A DNA stretch of 64,000 nucleotides from the human T2T-CHM13v2.0 reference genome, Homo sapiens. The stretch lies in NCBI RefSeq assembly GCF_009914755.1, contig NC_060941.1; one strand, written 5' to 3'. The stretch's first letter is position 1. The number at the start of each line of letters is the position of its first letter. Shown here in pieces: positions 11,021-26,160 of the stretch. The translations under genes were made by a program, and so were the position numbers. Below the pieces are notes generated by a model. That model made no database searches. It saw only the letters and a program-made list of their open reading frames with translations, and was not told the origin of the DNA.

Positions 11021-12479
11021 GAGATAAAGACCCGTGTTTAAAATTTTTAAAAAAGGGGGGAAAGTGTAATGCAAAATGTGGACTATGCCAGCTATGATTG
11101 GGAAAAATAATTTTTCATACAGCATTATCTATAGATTTGTATTAGCAGCATACTGGTCATAAGCGTTTTGCTTTCCGCAAATATGATGTGGTAAGCTACT
11201 TTAAAGTGTGGTGGGGCTTTCTTCCGCATGGCTCCTTGAGGGGTTGAGTCCCAATTTATCCAATTAATTTGGGTTTAGTTTTGATATGGATAAGGGAGAC
11301 CAGCTTCATTCATGGTGCACACACAGTTTTGCCAATAAGGAAAAAAAAAAGCCACCTGAATGTTCCTACTCATTAGGAGCTATCTGGAGAGCTCCTACCC
11401 CACTCCCACCAAGGCCTGGGCCCTTAAAAAGGCTCAGTGCAGCCTTTCTGTATCTCACTGTATTCTGCAAGATGCTCCTGTGAAGAAAGTTGTGCTGCAT
11501 CAGCCATCTCCCTCCTGAAGATCCCTGCGGATGAGGATTTGTGTTTTAAAGGTTCTGAGAAGTACTGCAACAACAGTTCTCAAACTTATTTGTCCAGGGG
11601 ATCTTTTCTTCCACTGAACGTAGTTGGGGAGACATGGCCTTAAGCCTTGAGCAGAGAAAGAGACAAGAAACTGTTGGCTCACTTACAACCAAGTGTTGTG
11701 TTTAAGTTTTAGGTTTTTATGAAACTGAGGTGCTGTTTGAGTTTCCAAATAAAATTGGGTGGTTGAAGAGAGGCTGGTATCCCTGTAGACTTATCCAGCC
11801 ATGAGAAATTGCCTTTTTTACAAAGGGAAATAGGGTGTCTCCTGGGCATCACATTAGCACTTAAATACATGTATCACTGAATCCTTCTAACAAGAAGAGG
11901 AAACTTGCCGAGAGAGGTGTGCCCGCCTGCCTGCCTGCCTGCCTGGAGTTTGCACTTCCTGCCTCCTCCTGGCCCTGGGTGCATTTAGTTGGTGTTAAGG
12001 GCATGGTCTGCTCAGTGTCTACCAGGAACCTCATGATCCCCCTGATGGGCAGAAAACAATCCAAGAGAAATGCAGATGGCTGTGGGTGCATTTGAGCTTG
12101 GGCTGCAGGGGGTTTGGGGGAGAGGGCTGGGCTACAGATGAAGAATGCTTTTCAAAATAAAAAAGGAAATGCTGGCTCTGAATGGAAAGGAAAGGAAGCA
12201 GCTTCCTGTTTCTCGTGGTGGCTTTTTGAAAGGAGGAGCTCTTTCTGGCCTCTTGGCCAACGGAGGCCTGGGCCGGCTGGGGCCACTCTAGGTGCGCTGG
12301 AGTCGAGGCTCCCACACTGCTGCCTGAGGTTTCAGAAAGAGCGCTGGTTCCACCCCGTTTCATTTTCCCCGGTCGCTGAGTCAAATGGATGCATGTGGTT
12401 TCCAAAACGAATATCTGTACCTGTTACAAAATGGATGTGTCATAATGGGTGACATTTACTTTTACGGCAAGCTTGCTTT

Positions 12480-12690
12480 GTGCCTGGCCCCCTTGTTAAG
12501 CTTTATGTAGCATTTACTTTTCACAACACCCTTGTGAGGAAGGTCTTCTCGCTGTCCCCATTTTACAGATGAAGAAACTGAGGCACAGAGGGGTTAAGTG
12601 ACTTTCCCAGAGTCACATAGCTAAGGAGAGACTGAGCTGTGACTTGAACCCAGGCAGTCTTAATTCCTTGCCTTTATGACCCAGCTTGGA
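12480..12690 (-). mobile_element. MIR
   Basis: CCCATTTTACAGATGAAGAAACTGAGGCACAGAGGGGTTAAGTGACTT core. Confidence 0.85.
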
Positions 12691-12824
12691 TTTGCAAACT
12701 CCTCTCTCCGTCCAGCTGGAAAATCTGTTAGCATAGGATAATTTTGAAGACTCTGGTTGCCTTTGTCTAGGCTCTGGGGGGTAGCCCCAAACCCTGGGCC
12801 AGGCCATAGTGATTCCTTGGTGTG

Positions 12825-13260
12825 TAGCGGGCAAGGGAGAAACTTACTTTTTGCCCTCTGAAGGTTTACTGAAAAATTAACTCACAACATATAGATGACT
12901 AAGAGAAATGGCATATAAATTGATTCTCCCTGGTGTATCACAGAATCACAGAGCGATTACTTAATATCCCAGTGGGACCCAAATATTTCTTTGAATGTTC
13001 CTAAGAGATAGACATTATCTTGTGAATGGGTCTCTTAGGGTGTGGTTGCGTTTTTGGTCTTTTTTCCTGCAATAGATAATGAGATAACAGTGAGGGGAAG
13101 AAAAAACAATCCTTGGTCCGTGGTGGGTCCATCTGGTCATTTTATAGACAGGGGAAATGTCTCTTTCAGTGTCTGTTAATCTCTAAGGGCCTTTAGTTTA
13201 AAATGCTCATTATATCAGAGAGCTATGTTTTGAGGTCAAGTTCCCTGTGCTCCATCAGGT
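12825..13260 (-). mobile_element. ERV1-class LTR (subfamily uncertain)
   Basis: CCCTCTGAAGGTTTACTGAAAAATTAACT...GGCCTTTAGTTTAAAATGCTCATTATATCAG resembles MER4-group LTRs. Confidence 0.5.
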
Positions 13261-13282
13261 GAAATGCCTAGGTCTGAGTTTA

Positions 13283-13605
<323 letters not shown>

Positions 13606-13697
13606 TTAACTTTATCATGGAAAGGTTTAAACTTGTACAAAAGTAGAGAGAATGTTGTGACCACCTCTGTGTAGTGATTACCCAGCTTCAGCAATAA

Positions 13698-14020
<323 letters not shown>

Positions 14021-15467
14021 TGATCTAGGGTATTTATGCTCTGTTTTGGCGATGGTGGCCCTGGGCAGTTCGTCTCTAGGAAGCAGAGTGACCCAGGGCG
14101 GTCTTCTCCAGCCATCCGCTTCCAGGCTGAGCTGTACCTATCTCAGCAGGCTGGGAGGAATCTCTGTGTTTTCCTATGAAAAGGCAGTTTTGATTATTTT
14201 CTCCTAAGCTTGCTCTGGCTTCTGGCAGCAGGTACATTGCAGAGTGTCCATCTCACTATCTAACCTGAGTCCCCCGCCGCACCTGAAACCTGTTCTCAGA
14301 CGGCTGGGTGCTTTCCCTGTCCCACAGCAGTCCTGCCAGAGACTGAGATGAGAGTTTTTAACGAAGCAGGGCCCCCAGACCCAGCGGAATCCCACTGTGC
14401 ACATCCTGATTTCCAGTCCATTCTTGCCCATGCCTCTAGTGTCTCTTCCCTTCCTTTTCCTTGTTGCTTGTTCCCATTATGAGATAAGTGTATTTCAGCT
14501 AACATTGATTAAGCTTCACTGTGTGTGGGCCCTGGAGAGAAGAGCTGCTGAGTACAGGAAGGTGCTATTCTCTGGGAGCCCCGGGCAAACCCTCATTTCT
14601 GCGGTTCCAGCCTGGAACCCGGATCCAGCACCTGTAAAAGTCTTCCTTGCCCTTCCCGGCTCTTCTCTCGAGGCTCTGCACAGTCCTTCCTGAAGCCTAG
14701 CTTTGTTGACCACTTTCTCATTTCTTTTCTCCGTGGTCTTTTGATCCCAACAGGTAGTTTTCTTTTGGTTGTTTGTGCTTTATTTTGGCTTTTGCTGTAT
14801 TCTCTTGCAAGCATTTCTCAGGTGCCGAGTCACTTTTTGCTGGCTGTTTCAGTCTCTGAGTTTGGCCTCCACAACACAATCGTGATGTCACTATGGGAAA
14901 GAGCCCCTCAAGCACTTGGTAGGACATTGAGGCGTGCATTGAGGGCGCCAGGATGTGCGGGGACTCTGGGGTGAGGATGACATATTCGTATTCTGACTCC
15001 ATTCCTTGCCAGCTCTGTGACCTTGGGCAAGTTCTTTAGCTCTCTGGACCTCAGTTTTCTTGTTAGTTAAAAGGGGATAAGAGTAGGTTAATTTTGGATT
15101 CTTTTGAGAACCAAGATACAGAAGGAGTGCTGGACAGTGCCTGGTACTTAGAAGGAGTTCAGTGTTTCCCCCACTGTCCCCCGCCTTTCACGTAGCATTA
15201 CTCCAAAACACTTTTCCATGTTTCCCTATTATCTTCCTTTTGGTCATTTTAGTTGCCACATGAGAGTGTGTCTAGTGGATCTGCTGTAATTTGGCAAAGC
15301 ATTTTCCGTGTTATTGGACATTTCAGTAGTTTCTAGATTTCTGCAATTATAAACAATGTGAATGGAATCGTCTTTATATAGGCGCTTTATTTTTGTTCCT
15401 ATTCTGAATTTGTTTTCTTGGGATAATTCCCAGGAATGGAATTACTGGATCAAAGAGCATGGAGATG

Positions 15468-15468
<1 letters not shown>

Positions 15469-15510
<42 letters not shown>
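15469..15510. repeat. (TG)n microsatellite, about 20 units
   Basis: Direct reading. Confidence 0.97.
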
Positions 15511-15513
<3 letters not shown>

Positions 15514-15536
15514 AGACTTGCCAAACTGTTCTCCCA

Positions 15537-16150
<614 letters not shown>

Positions 16151-16292
16151 CCCTCCATTTAACTCCTGTTGAATGATAGCTGTTTTAAAAATTGTACTCC
16201 TGGGTAAGTATCTCATATTTTTTACAATTCTTTCTGACCTTTGTACCTTTCTTCTTCTCTCCTTTATTCTCCCCATTTTTTGACCTTGTTAG

Positions 16293-16639
<347 letters not shown>

Positions 16640-16649
16640 CCACTCCAGT

Positions 16650-17060
16650 GACGATTTATTGAGCATCTGCTCAATATCAGGTTTGTTTTAGGCACTGTTT
16701 TAGGCACTGAGGAAGGAGCAAGGAAGAAAATAGAGGGCTTCCTTCAGTGGAAAGAGAAAGATAATACACATGCCAAACAGACAGACGTGCTCTCAGAAGA
16801 AAACTGGAAGTGGGTTAGAGAGAGGTGGGGGTATGGAAGAGGTGACTTCTTTAGATGGGGTGATCGGGAAAGGCCTTCCCAGAGAGGGTGACTTTTGAGC
16901 TGAGTCTTGAAAGATGAGAAGGCCACTGTAGCCTGGAGGAGTGTTCCCGGCAGAGGGACTGGCTTGTGCAAGAGCCCTGAGGCAGAATCGAGCTTGGTGT
17001 GGTCAAGGGCCAGGAGGAGGCTGGTGTGCCTGGAACACAGTGTCAGGGGAGGATGGTTGG
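16650..17060 (-). mobile_element. L2 fragment
   Basis: ATTTATTGAGCATCTGCT...GGAAAGGCCTTCCCAGAGAGGGTGACTTTTGAGCTGAGTCTTGAA, L2 3' motifs. Confidence 0.7.
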
Positions 17061-17485
17061 CCTTGGGGTCAAGGAGGTAAGCAGGGGCATGGGGCTGTTT
17101 TTTCAGTGCTGGGCCGCAGGAGAGAATTAATGCACCAACTCAGCAAACAGGTGTCCTCCTACTTCCCCCTCCGCCCTCCTGGCCGGGTTTCGTGCCAGGC
17201 ACTGTTCTGGAATATAAGAGTGAATGAGAGATGTATTGTGCTCCAGAAAGCCAGCTTAGTGGGGGAGTTTGTGGATGAGTAAACTCATAGAAGGTGCTGG
17301 TGAGGTGTGAATGAAGGCTCATCAGGCCGCGCAGCTGACTCATCTCTGTACTGAGGTGTGTAGGGACTTGGGAAATGTGTCTTGATTTGCACGGAACTGT
17401 GCTCTGTGCTGTCAGCCTTCACCGTGGTAACTGAAACTCAGTTCTCTGATGTAAAGCCTGGCAGTCCCGGCCTGCTTGGGGGCAC

Positions 17486-17556
17486 CTGGACCCCTGCCAG
17501 GGAAGGGGTCCTCAGACTTGAGGTTGCCAGCTCAGATGTGGGGCTGCTGATACTAG
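17486..17556 (+). other. KSR1: Probable alternative non-coding first exon of KSR1 (short isoform)
   Basis: Ends TAG|GTATGA (donor at 17557). CTGGACCCCTGCCAGGG...GATACTAG matches my unverified memory of the 5' end of the shorter KSR1 RefSeq mRNA. The 5' boundary cannot be derived from sequence alone. Confidence 0.6.
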
Positions 17557-18002
17557 GTATGAGTGTCTAGGCTCCCAGTTATGGGAAACAAGACCAAGAG
17601 ACAGCCATGGGAAACCCCCTTCTTACTGAGCTGCCTGCCCTGACCCTTTCTCCCCTGACTGCGGACTCTGATTTGTGGCTCTGGTTGGGAATGTAGATTT
17701 GGGGACATTGTGCTCCTCATGGGTTTCTTCCCGTAGGATGGGGCAAAGAAGGGGTTATGAGATTGAGCAGATGCTTCTGGGAGTCTAGAGTGTACTCACA
17801 TAGCGAGGTGTGGACCTCATGAGAGTGCCTGGAAATAGCCTGGTGGAAGATGTTGGCACCATTTCGTTTGGAGGAGGCTGAATGACTCATAAGCCCCGGG
17901 GGGCTCTGATGTCATTGAATTAGGGGCCTCCTTTGACCAGGGTTAACCAGCACCTTGGGTTCCTTGCATGTAAGCTTGTTGCTATTAAATAAATGGGAAG
18001 TG

Positions 18003-18349
<347 letters not shown>

Positions 18350-18397
18350 CTATCCCTTCCTCCCACAGTTATGGCTAATGTGAAGTGGACCTGCCCA

Positions 18398-18545
18398 GGT
18401 TTTTTGAGACAGGGTCTCGCAGTGTTTCCTAGGCTGGAGTTCCATGGCACCATCATGGCTCACTGCAGCCTCTGTCTACCTCTCTGGCTCACCTTCAGCC
18501 TCCCAGATAGCTGGGACCACAGGTGTATGCCACCATGCCCAGCTA
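18398..18545 (-). mobile_element. Alu right-arm fragment
   Basis: TTTTGAGACAGGGTCTCGC...CACCATGCCCAGCTA; CCCAGGTTT on both flanks. Confidence 0.75.
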
Positions 18546-19889
18546 GTACCCAGGTTTAAGGCAGCAAGATTCTGACAGCAGTTCTCTCAGTTAATTTCTC
18601 AGTAATGATAACTTTATGAGCCCATGTAGGTGATGAAATAAGGCCCAAAGTCACACAGTAACTGGTGGAGCTGAATTGTCTGAATTTCCATTTGTGTTCA
18701 TTTCATTGCCCTCTTTAGAAATTTGCTTGATCTTGGGTCTTGTTCAGGGCAGAAAGAGATAATACAAGGCTTTGGTGATGCTTAGCATTTTAGAAGAAGT
18801 AATGCTGGGTGGAAATGGATTTGGCAGTCTCGTTTTTCGCATCATTGGAATGGGAGTCCCTCACAGTTGGAGACAGGATGAAGTAACAGAGCGTGGGGAT
18901 CTGGATTAACAGGTGGCCATTCGCAGAAAGGAGGCTGCAAAGCAAGAGGTGGGGGCTTCTGGCTGAGCAGGAAGGTGGGAGAGGGGCATCCTTGTGAGGA
19001 GCAGCCTGTAGGGCTGGGGTTTGGGCAGCAGGCAGGCAGAGGACTTTATCTGATCACCTCAAATAATTTTGCCTCTGCTTGGAAGGGTTCTAGCTACAAA
19101 GGCAACATAGCAGGTAGTGCTTGGGTGTGATGGTGATAGGCACAGCGGTATTTTAAATACTGGTGGTACATTTTAGGAGAAAGAAGGTGACGAGTCCCTG
19201 GGGAGAGTCCCTGTGGTGGCCATGACTCACCGTGGCACAGGGGACAGAACAGAACAAGGAAGAATCCATCAACGAATGGAAACTTGTCTTTTTAGGGGAC
19301 AGGAAGCTTTTTTTGTGTGGTTGGCCTGGTGGCTTATGAGGAGAGGTGAACATTTGAGACAAAACCCCAGGCCACTCTTCCAGCTGCATCTTTGACAATT
19401 TTGAGAGTTTTAGGAAGTAGTTAAAAAAAGAAAAAGAGAAACCAAAAGCCAAAGACCTCGTTTACTCACAATACCTGTGTACAGCCAGCCATGTGGGCTG
19501 CGATCGGCCATGTGTCTAGAGGAAACTCCTTCACTTGCATCCCTCCCTCCTAGACCCCTAAACCAGAGGGGGCTTTTGACTATTCTTAGAAGAAGACTTA
19601 GGCGGCCTCAAATGACCAGACCTTGTCTCAAGCATCTAACAGCTTAGGCCAAACTTCCTCTCTGGCCCTGTTTGGTTTAAGCAGTTTCCTGGTCTGGCAG
19701 GATTTGTTATCTTAGCACCCAGCTTGTCAAAGCCGTAGTGCTACTTGTTATAGCAAACAGGCCCCTGTCACCCTGTGGCTGCAAGCCAGGCAATGCTTAT
19801 GTTCCAAAAGTCAGACCTGCTGTTCTTACTATAAAGCTCTGCTGGACCATGGGTGGCTTCTATCTTTGGATGTAAGGATGGGAGGATGA

Positions 19890-20600
19890 GCAGCACCTCA
19901 TGCTGTGTAAGAGCACAGGTTCTGGTGGTTGACAGCCTGGATTCAGGCTGCACTGCCTTTCTGGCTAGCTGTGTGTCTTTGGGCAAGTTGCTTACCCTTT
20001 CTGAGCAATAGTTTCCTCATCTGTGAAATGGGGATTATAATGGGGTCGTTTTTCATAGTAAGTAAGATGAGCCATGGAAAAGCACAATGCCTTGTGCAGA
20101 ATGAGAATATTTTTATATTATAATATTACTATTTATTTTATCGACAAGTGTTTAATTAGCACCCATTAGGGACTGGGCACTATTCTTAGCTCTGGGGAAA
20201 ATAGCAGTGAACAAAATGGACACAAATGTAGACCTTGTGGAACTTACGCTTCAGTGTTGGGAGGAGACATTCAGATGACAAGTAAATATCACCTGGAATC
20301 CCAGTTACTTGGGAGGCTGGGGCAGAAGGATCACCTGAGCCAGAGTTCAAGACCAGCCTGGGCAACATAGCAAGATTCCCATCCCTAAAAATACCACACA
20401 CACACTAAGGAAAATGTGTTATCTGTTAAGTGGTAAAAGTGCTGTGGAGAAAATGAAAGCAGGGAGGGGTGCCTAGATGGTGGTATAATTTAAAGTGAGG
20501 GGTCAGGATGGGTTTGCAGAGGAGGTGATATTTGAGTAAAGACCTCAAAAGGGTAGAGAAGGGCTCCATGGGGATACAGCTGGAAAAGAGCTTTGGAAGC
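19890..20600. mobile_element. MIR (+) followed by L2 (-) with an Alu monomer fragment at about 20290-20395
   Basis: GGGCAAGTTGCTTA...TTTCCTCATCTGTGAAATGGGGAT; CAGTGAACAAAATGGACACAAAT; GAGTTCAAGACCAGCCTGGGCAAC. Confidence 0.65.
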
Positions 20601-22293
20601 TGAGCTCATGTGGAAGCCAAAGGGGAGTGAACCAGGGTTGTTGGAAAGCCCTGGGGCCAGGGGTGAGGCCACAAGGGGCCCTGGGCATGACATTTAGGGA
20701 GGTGCTTGCTTTCCAGTACCCACTGCACTCACGGGTCTCTGAGCACAGGTGTGAAGGAGGGAAGAGTAATGAGAAGAGAAGGTGGTGAGAGGTGCTGTGT
20801 TTATGTGGGCTCTGCCTCCATCCTGTAGGATCCACAGGTGATTTTGAAACTTATGTCTTACTAAAAAATGGAGTTTTGGGGCTGGCACACTAACCTACTG
20901 ACTTACAGAAAGTCACTTTCTGACTGCGTGGGCAGGTGACAGAGCGCTGGCCCGGGGCAGGCTGAGGCTCTGCCACTCACTGAGGGCGTCAGGTGGGTGA
21001 GCCATGTTTATTCATCCAGCAGCTTTTACAGAGCTCCCACGGCAGGAGATCATGCTGGCACCTGCCCGGTATTACTCTCTTCATCTATGACACGGGGACA
21101 GCGATGCCCTTCCGTCCACCCCATCCTTACAGGGGTGTTCCTCCTGAGGCAAGAATGCAATAGAAAAGCAAAACAGAATGTATGAGGCTATTTGCATTAT
21201 CCATAATACAGAAAAAAATGAAAATAAGGTAGCTGTCCAGTGGTAAGGGGAGGTTTGGCAGACCATGGCACAGCATGCGATGGGTGGGTCATCACACACA
21301 CAGATGTCAGTGACAGAGGCTGGGTAAGAACATGAGCATATTCATACTGTTACATCGAGGAAAAATACACAGTATTTAAGATTGCATGTATGTGGCATTT
21401 GTAGTCCTGTAAATATGTGATGATATGTATGCATATGGGGAAAACTAGAGGTGAAATTGAAATGAGTTATTTGTGGTGGGACTGTTTTTCTTTTGCAAAA
21501 ATTCCTTTATTATTGCTATAATTGCATTCCTTCATTTATTAAAGTAATGAATATTTGAGCACCTCCTAGCTATCAGGCTCTGAGAAGGTGCTTGGGTAGA
21601 GCAGTGGACTGGACTGCACGGCTCCTGCCCCGGGGGGACCATGCTCAGTGAGCGATTCTTGAGCCCCCACCCCTTCTCAGCGCTCAAGGATTGAAGGCTA
21701 ATGAAGTGGTGCAAAATTCAAACTTTCTGGAATAAAACGGAGAGTTGGTCCTCCAGGTTCTCTGCAGGGCGCTTGTTGAGCCAGTCCCAGATTCTGCTGA
21801 GAAACAGGGAAGTTTCCAGAGTTGCCACCCCCTCCTGAGGGTAGAGAACTCAGGGGTAGAGCTGGCTTGGCACCAAAAGGGCTCCCTGAGTCTTGGCTGC
21901 TGGGACTTGAGCAGTGCTGGGGCGCTGCCGGTGAGCTGTGATCCCATCTTCTCAGGGAGCGCCCCTGCCTGTTTGACTGTGGTGCCGTTGGTATGAGAGG
22001 TTGCCCCAGGAAGGAGACCGCAGCTGTGGGCTCATCTCCTGGGTGCCCAACACTCACAGGGTCCACATTGCCCGTGATGTGCCCTGGGAAGCCCATGGTT
22101 GACTCAGAAGGACTGAAATGTTAGACAGCCACAGATGGTCCCACTGCCCCCACTCTGAGAAAAGCCCTCTGGCTGTTTGGATGAGGGTGGTGGCGATGAG
22201 GACATTTGTAACTGCAGCACACATGTAAGGCCTGCTGTCTATGTTCTGGGCTCTCAGATAGCACTGGGAATACTGTACCCCACCAGTCCCCTC

Positions 22294-22846
22294 CATGACA
22301 GGAAAGGGGTCCCGATCCAGACCCCAGGACAGGGTTCTTGGATCTCATGCAAGAAAGAATTCAGGGCAAGTCCATAGAGTAAAGTGAAAGCAAGTTTATT
22401 AGGAATGTAAAGGAATAAAAGACTGGATGCTCCACAGACAGAGCAGCCCTGAGGGCTGCTGGTTGCCCATTTTTATGGTTATTTCTTGGTGATATGCTAA
22501 ATAAAGGGTAGATTATTCATGCCTCACCTTTTCAGACCATACAGGGTAACTTCTTGACATTGCCATGGTATATGTAAAGTGTCATGGCGCTGGTGGGAGT
22601 GTAGCAGTGAGAACAACCAGAGGTCACTCTTGTGGCCATTTTGGTTTTGGTGGGTTTTAGCTGGCTTCTTTGCTGCAACCTGTTTTATCAGCAAGGTCGT
22701 TATGACCTGTGTTTTGTGCTGACCTCCTGTCTCATCCTGTGACTTAAAGTGCCTAACCATCTGGGAATGCAGCCTGTTAGCTCTCAGCCTTATTTAACCC
22801 AGCTCCTGTTTAAGACGGAGTTGCTCTGGTTCACATGCCTCTGACA
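22294..22846 (-). mobile_element. MER41A solo LTR (ERV1)
   Basis: Minus strand begins TGTCAGAGGCATGTGAACCAGAGCAACTCC; 4-bp TSD CCTC (22290-22293 and 22847-22850); lacks the GAS-containing segment of MER41B. Confidence 0.88.
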
Positions 22847-23189
22847 CCTCTAGCTGCCCTGGAAACACCAGAGTTTCGTTCTTACCTCCTATTATACAGG
22901 GAACTGAAGCCCAGAGAGGTGAGTTAGACTCTTGAGGGCACACCAGTGGTGACAGGCTGAGATTAGAATTGTAGTCTGGCTGATGACCAAGCCCATACCT
23001 TTGCAGTTTCTTTGTCACAGCTCACTGGACTGTGGGGTGGTACAAGTTAAAAATCTGTCTACATAGGGAAAACGGTGATGTATAGACCCCTGTCTGCCTC
23101 CTGCTCCACTTCCGGCCCATCCCTCCCAGAATGCCATCATAGCCCCTCCACTTCTACGCCAGATGCTTCAGGGGAAGTTCCCTGTTCTC

Positions 23190-23493
23190 TTCTTTTTTTT
23201 TTTTTTGAGACAGGGTCTCACTCTGTCACCCAGGCTGGAGTGCAGTAGTGCAATAACAGCTCACTGCTGCCTCGATTTCCTAGGCTCAAGCAATCCTCCT
23301 GCCTCAGCCTTTTGAGTAGCTGGGACTATAGATATGCGCCACTACACATAGCTAATTCTTTTATTTTTTGTAAAGATGAGGTCTCACTATGTTGCCCAGG
23401 CTGGTCTTGAACTCCTGGTCTCAAGTGAGGCCAAGGCAGGCCTTGGCCTCCCAAAGTGCTGGGATTACAAGGCGTGAGGCACCACACCTGGCC
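23190..23493 (-). mobile_element. Alu (J-type)
   Basis: Diverged dimer. Confidence 0.9.
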
Positions 23494-24390
23494 TTCCTGT
23501 TGTCTTTGAGGGAGACTAAAGCCCTCTAGCTTCAAAGGAAGGAGTTCTTCTTTCTTTAAGGACAGACTATGTCATGACCTTTTTACCCAGAAATTCCAGG
23601 GCTTAGCCCAGTACTTGGCACACAGTAAGTGCTGAGGAATTGAACGAGGGTTCTGGAGTATGTGCTTTAATCAGGGCTAAACTAACCTCACAGCATTCCT
23701 AGGAAAATAACACAAACCGGTATAAAAGGGGATGGTGTCAGGGTTAGGAGTGTGGCCTCTGGGGTCAGACAGCCTGAGTGTGACTGCGCCTGTGCTGTGG
23801 ACCCTTCTTACCTTGGTCAAGTTATTTTGCTTTTCTGGGTTCCAGTTTCCTCATCTGAGGAATGGGGACATACGAATGGGGACAATGTCATACCTACTGT
23901 TTGGGGCTGTTATGCGGATTATTTATTGTTTTTTGCATGACGTCACCACATTGGTCATGAGATGTTGTGAGGATTAAATGAATATGGTAGGTGGAGTAGG
24001 GCTTTGTGCCCAGTAAGCGCTTGATAAACATGAGCTGTCCATTATTGTTCTCTGGGGAGAATCCTGTGCCCCCAGGTGTGGGTTCCCATCCTGTCTGTGG
24101 CTTCAGAGTCCAGACCTAATGCCACCGACCTCCTTGCCCTTCCTGCACCCCTACCATGGATCACCATTGGAGGAGTGGGGTTGGGGGCTTATCACCCCAG
24201 GAAGATTAGATAAATTGGGAAGTGGGGAAGTCTTGGGCAGACTCAAGACCCCTGAGTCCCAGCTTTGTCATGCTGTGACCCTGGGCAGGTCCCCTCCTGG
24301 GAATCCATTTCCTAATCTGTGAAATAAGCACGACTGTTGCTGGTGTCACGAGAACATGGTCAGTGCCATAAAGCATGTGGCGGGTGGACT

Positions 24391-24810
24391 TCCATCCATG
24401 CTCCTCCCTTCATCCATGCTCCTCCCTCCATTCATGCTCCTCCCTCCTTCCATGCTCCTCCCTACGTCCATGCTCCTCTCTCCCTCTGTGCTCTTCCCTC
24501 CCTCCGTGCTCCTCCCTCCATCCATGCTCCTCCCTCCATCTATGCTCCTCCCTCCCTCCATGCTCTTCCCTCCATCCATGCTCCTCTCTCCCTCTGTGCT
24601 CCTGTCTCCCTGTGTGCTCCTCCCTCCATCCATGCTCCTCCCTCCATCCATGCACTTCCCTCCCTCTATGCTCCTCCCTCCATCCATGCTCCTCCCTGCA
24701 TCCATGCTCTTCCCTCCGTCTGTGCTCCTCTCTCCCTCCATGCTTGTGCATCTGTGCTCTGCCCCTCCTCCCCCATCCATGCTCCTCCCTTCATCCGTGC
24801 TCCTCCCTCA
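24391..24810. repeat. 18-bp VNTR, about 23 units, consensus CCATCCATGCTCCTCCCT
   Basis: Direct reading; variant units include CTCTGTGCTCCTCTCTCC. Confidence 0.95.
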
Positions 24811-25856
24811 TCCTGGAGTGCCAGACCCACTGCCAATCTTATGTGAGTTCACATAACCCACATCAATAAGGCGAGAGCAGATGGGTGGCTGGGTTCCCGT
24901 TCTCGCTGCAGCATCCCAGGTTGCACCCCTCACCTCTCTTTGCTCTTCCTTTTGTTCCTTCTGAGGCGGGTGTAGGGAAGGGAGGAAGGTGCCGCTCCTA
25001 GTGCAGGTGACAGGGATGGGCTGCTCTGACCCACACTGGCCCTCCACCTGCTTTCTTTGCTCAGTTGAGACCCCTTCATCTCCTTCAAGTGCTGCAGGAC
25101 ATGAGACAGACGCTTGGACTTCCCTTGAGAGCTGGGCATCCCAGACCTCTGTTGCGGCCTCCAGGGAGTGGGTAGGTTCTGGTTGGAAGGAGGAAGGGCT
25201 TCAATGGGATGTGAGCCTCAAGCACGGGAGAGAATTACATCCCTGGGTCCAGATGGTTGAAAGGGGCCATTCCTGAGCCATCTGCAGAACAGGTGCTGTG
25301 GCATGAGAATGACTGACTAACAGAGGGGTGGCGGCACCACACAGACATTAGAGGGTGACCTGTGCTGCGGGGGCACCTGGGTTGGACCATATTCTCTCGG
25401 GTGTGTGTGAATGTATGTAGGTGTCTGCCTGTGTGTGGGTTTGTCTGAATGTAAATAGGAATTCTTGGTGACATTCAGGGAAAAGTTTAATGATAAAGGG
25501 GTCTTTTAAAATGCAAGTCAGCTCTTTTGCATCATCTGCAGAGACCATTGACTCTCATTCCACTTGGGGCAAAAGCCAAAGTCAAGTCCCTAGCTTCTGT
25601 CCTTCACCCCATTGCTCATCCTGCTCCAGCCCCTTGGGCCACCTTCCTGTTCTCACATCCCCTAGATGCCCCCAGGCCTCCTCCCCTTGCCTCCACTCCC
25701 AGAGTGAGGTCTTCTCTAAGCAGCCCATGTAATTGTGAACCCTCCTGCCTCCCCCACCTAACACATACTGTGGTATTACTGACTTGTTCATTGCGTGCCT
25801 CACCTCCCTAGAATGAAAGCTCCACAGGGTAAGGATTTTTCTCTTTCATTCACTGA

Positions 25857-26160
<304 letters not shown>

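Noticed and set aside
24337-24869. Five overlapping repetitive ORFs (HAPPSI, MLLPPS, PCSSLH etc.); also a CRISPR-like look
   Set aside because: The 18-bp unit lacks stop codons, so open frames are automatic. There are no unique spacers, and the DNA is eukaryotic.
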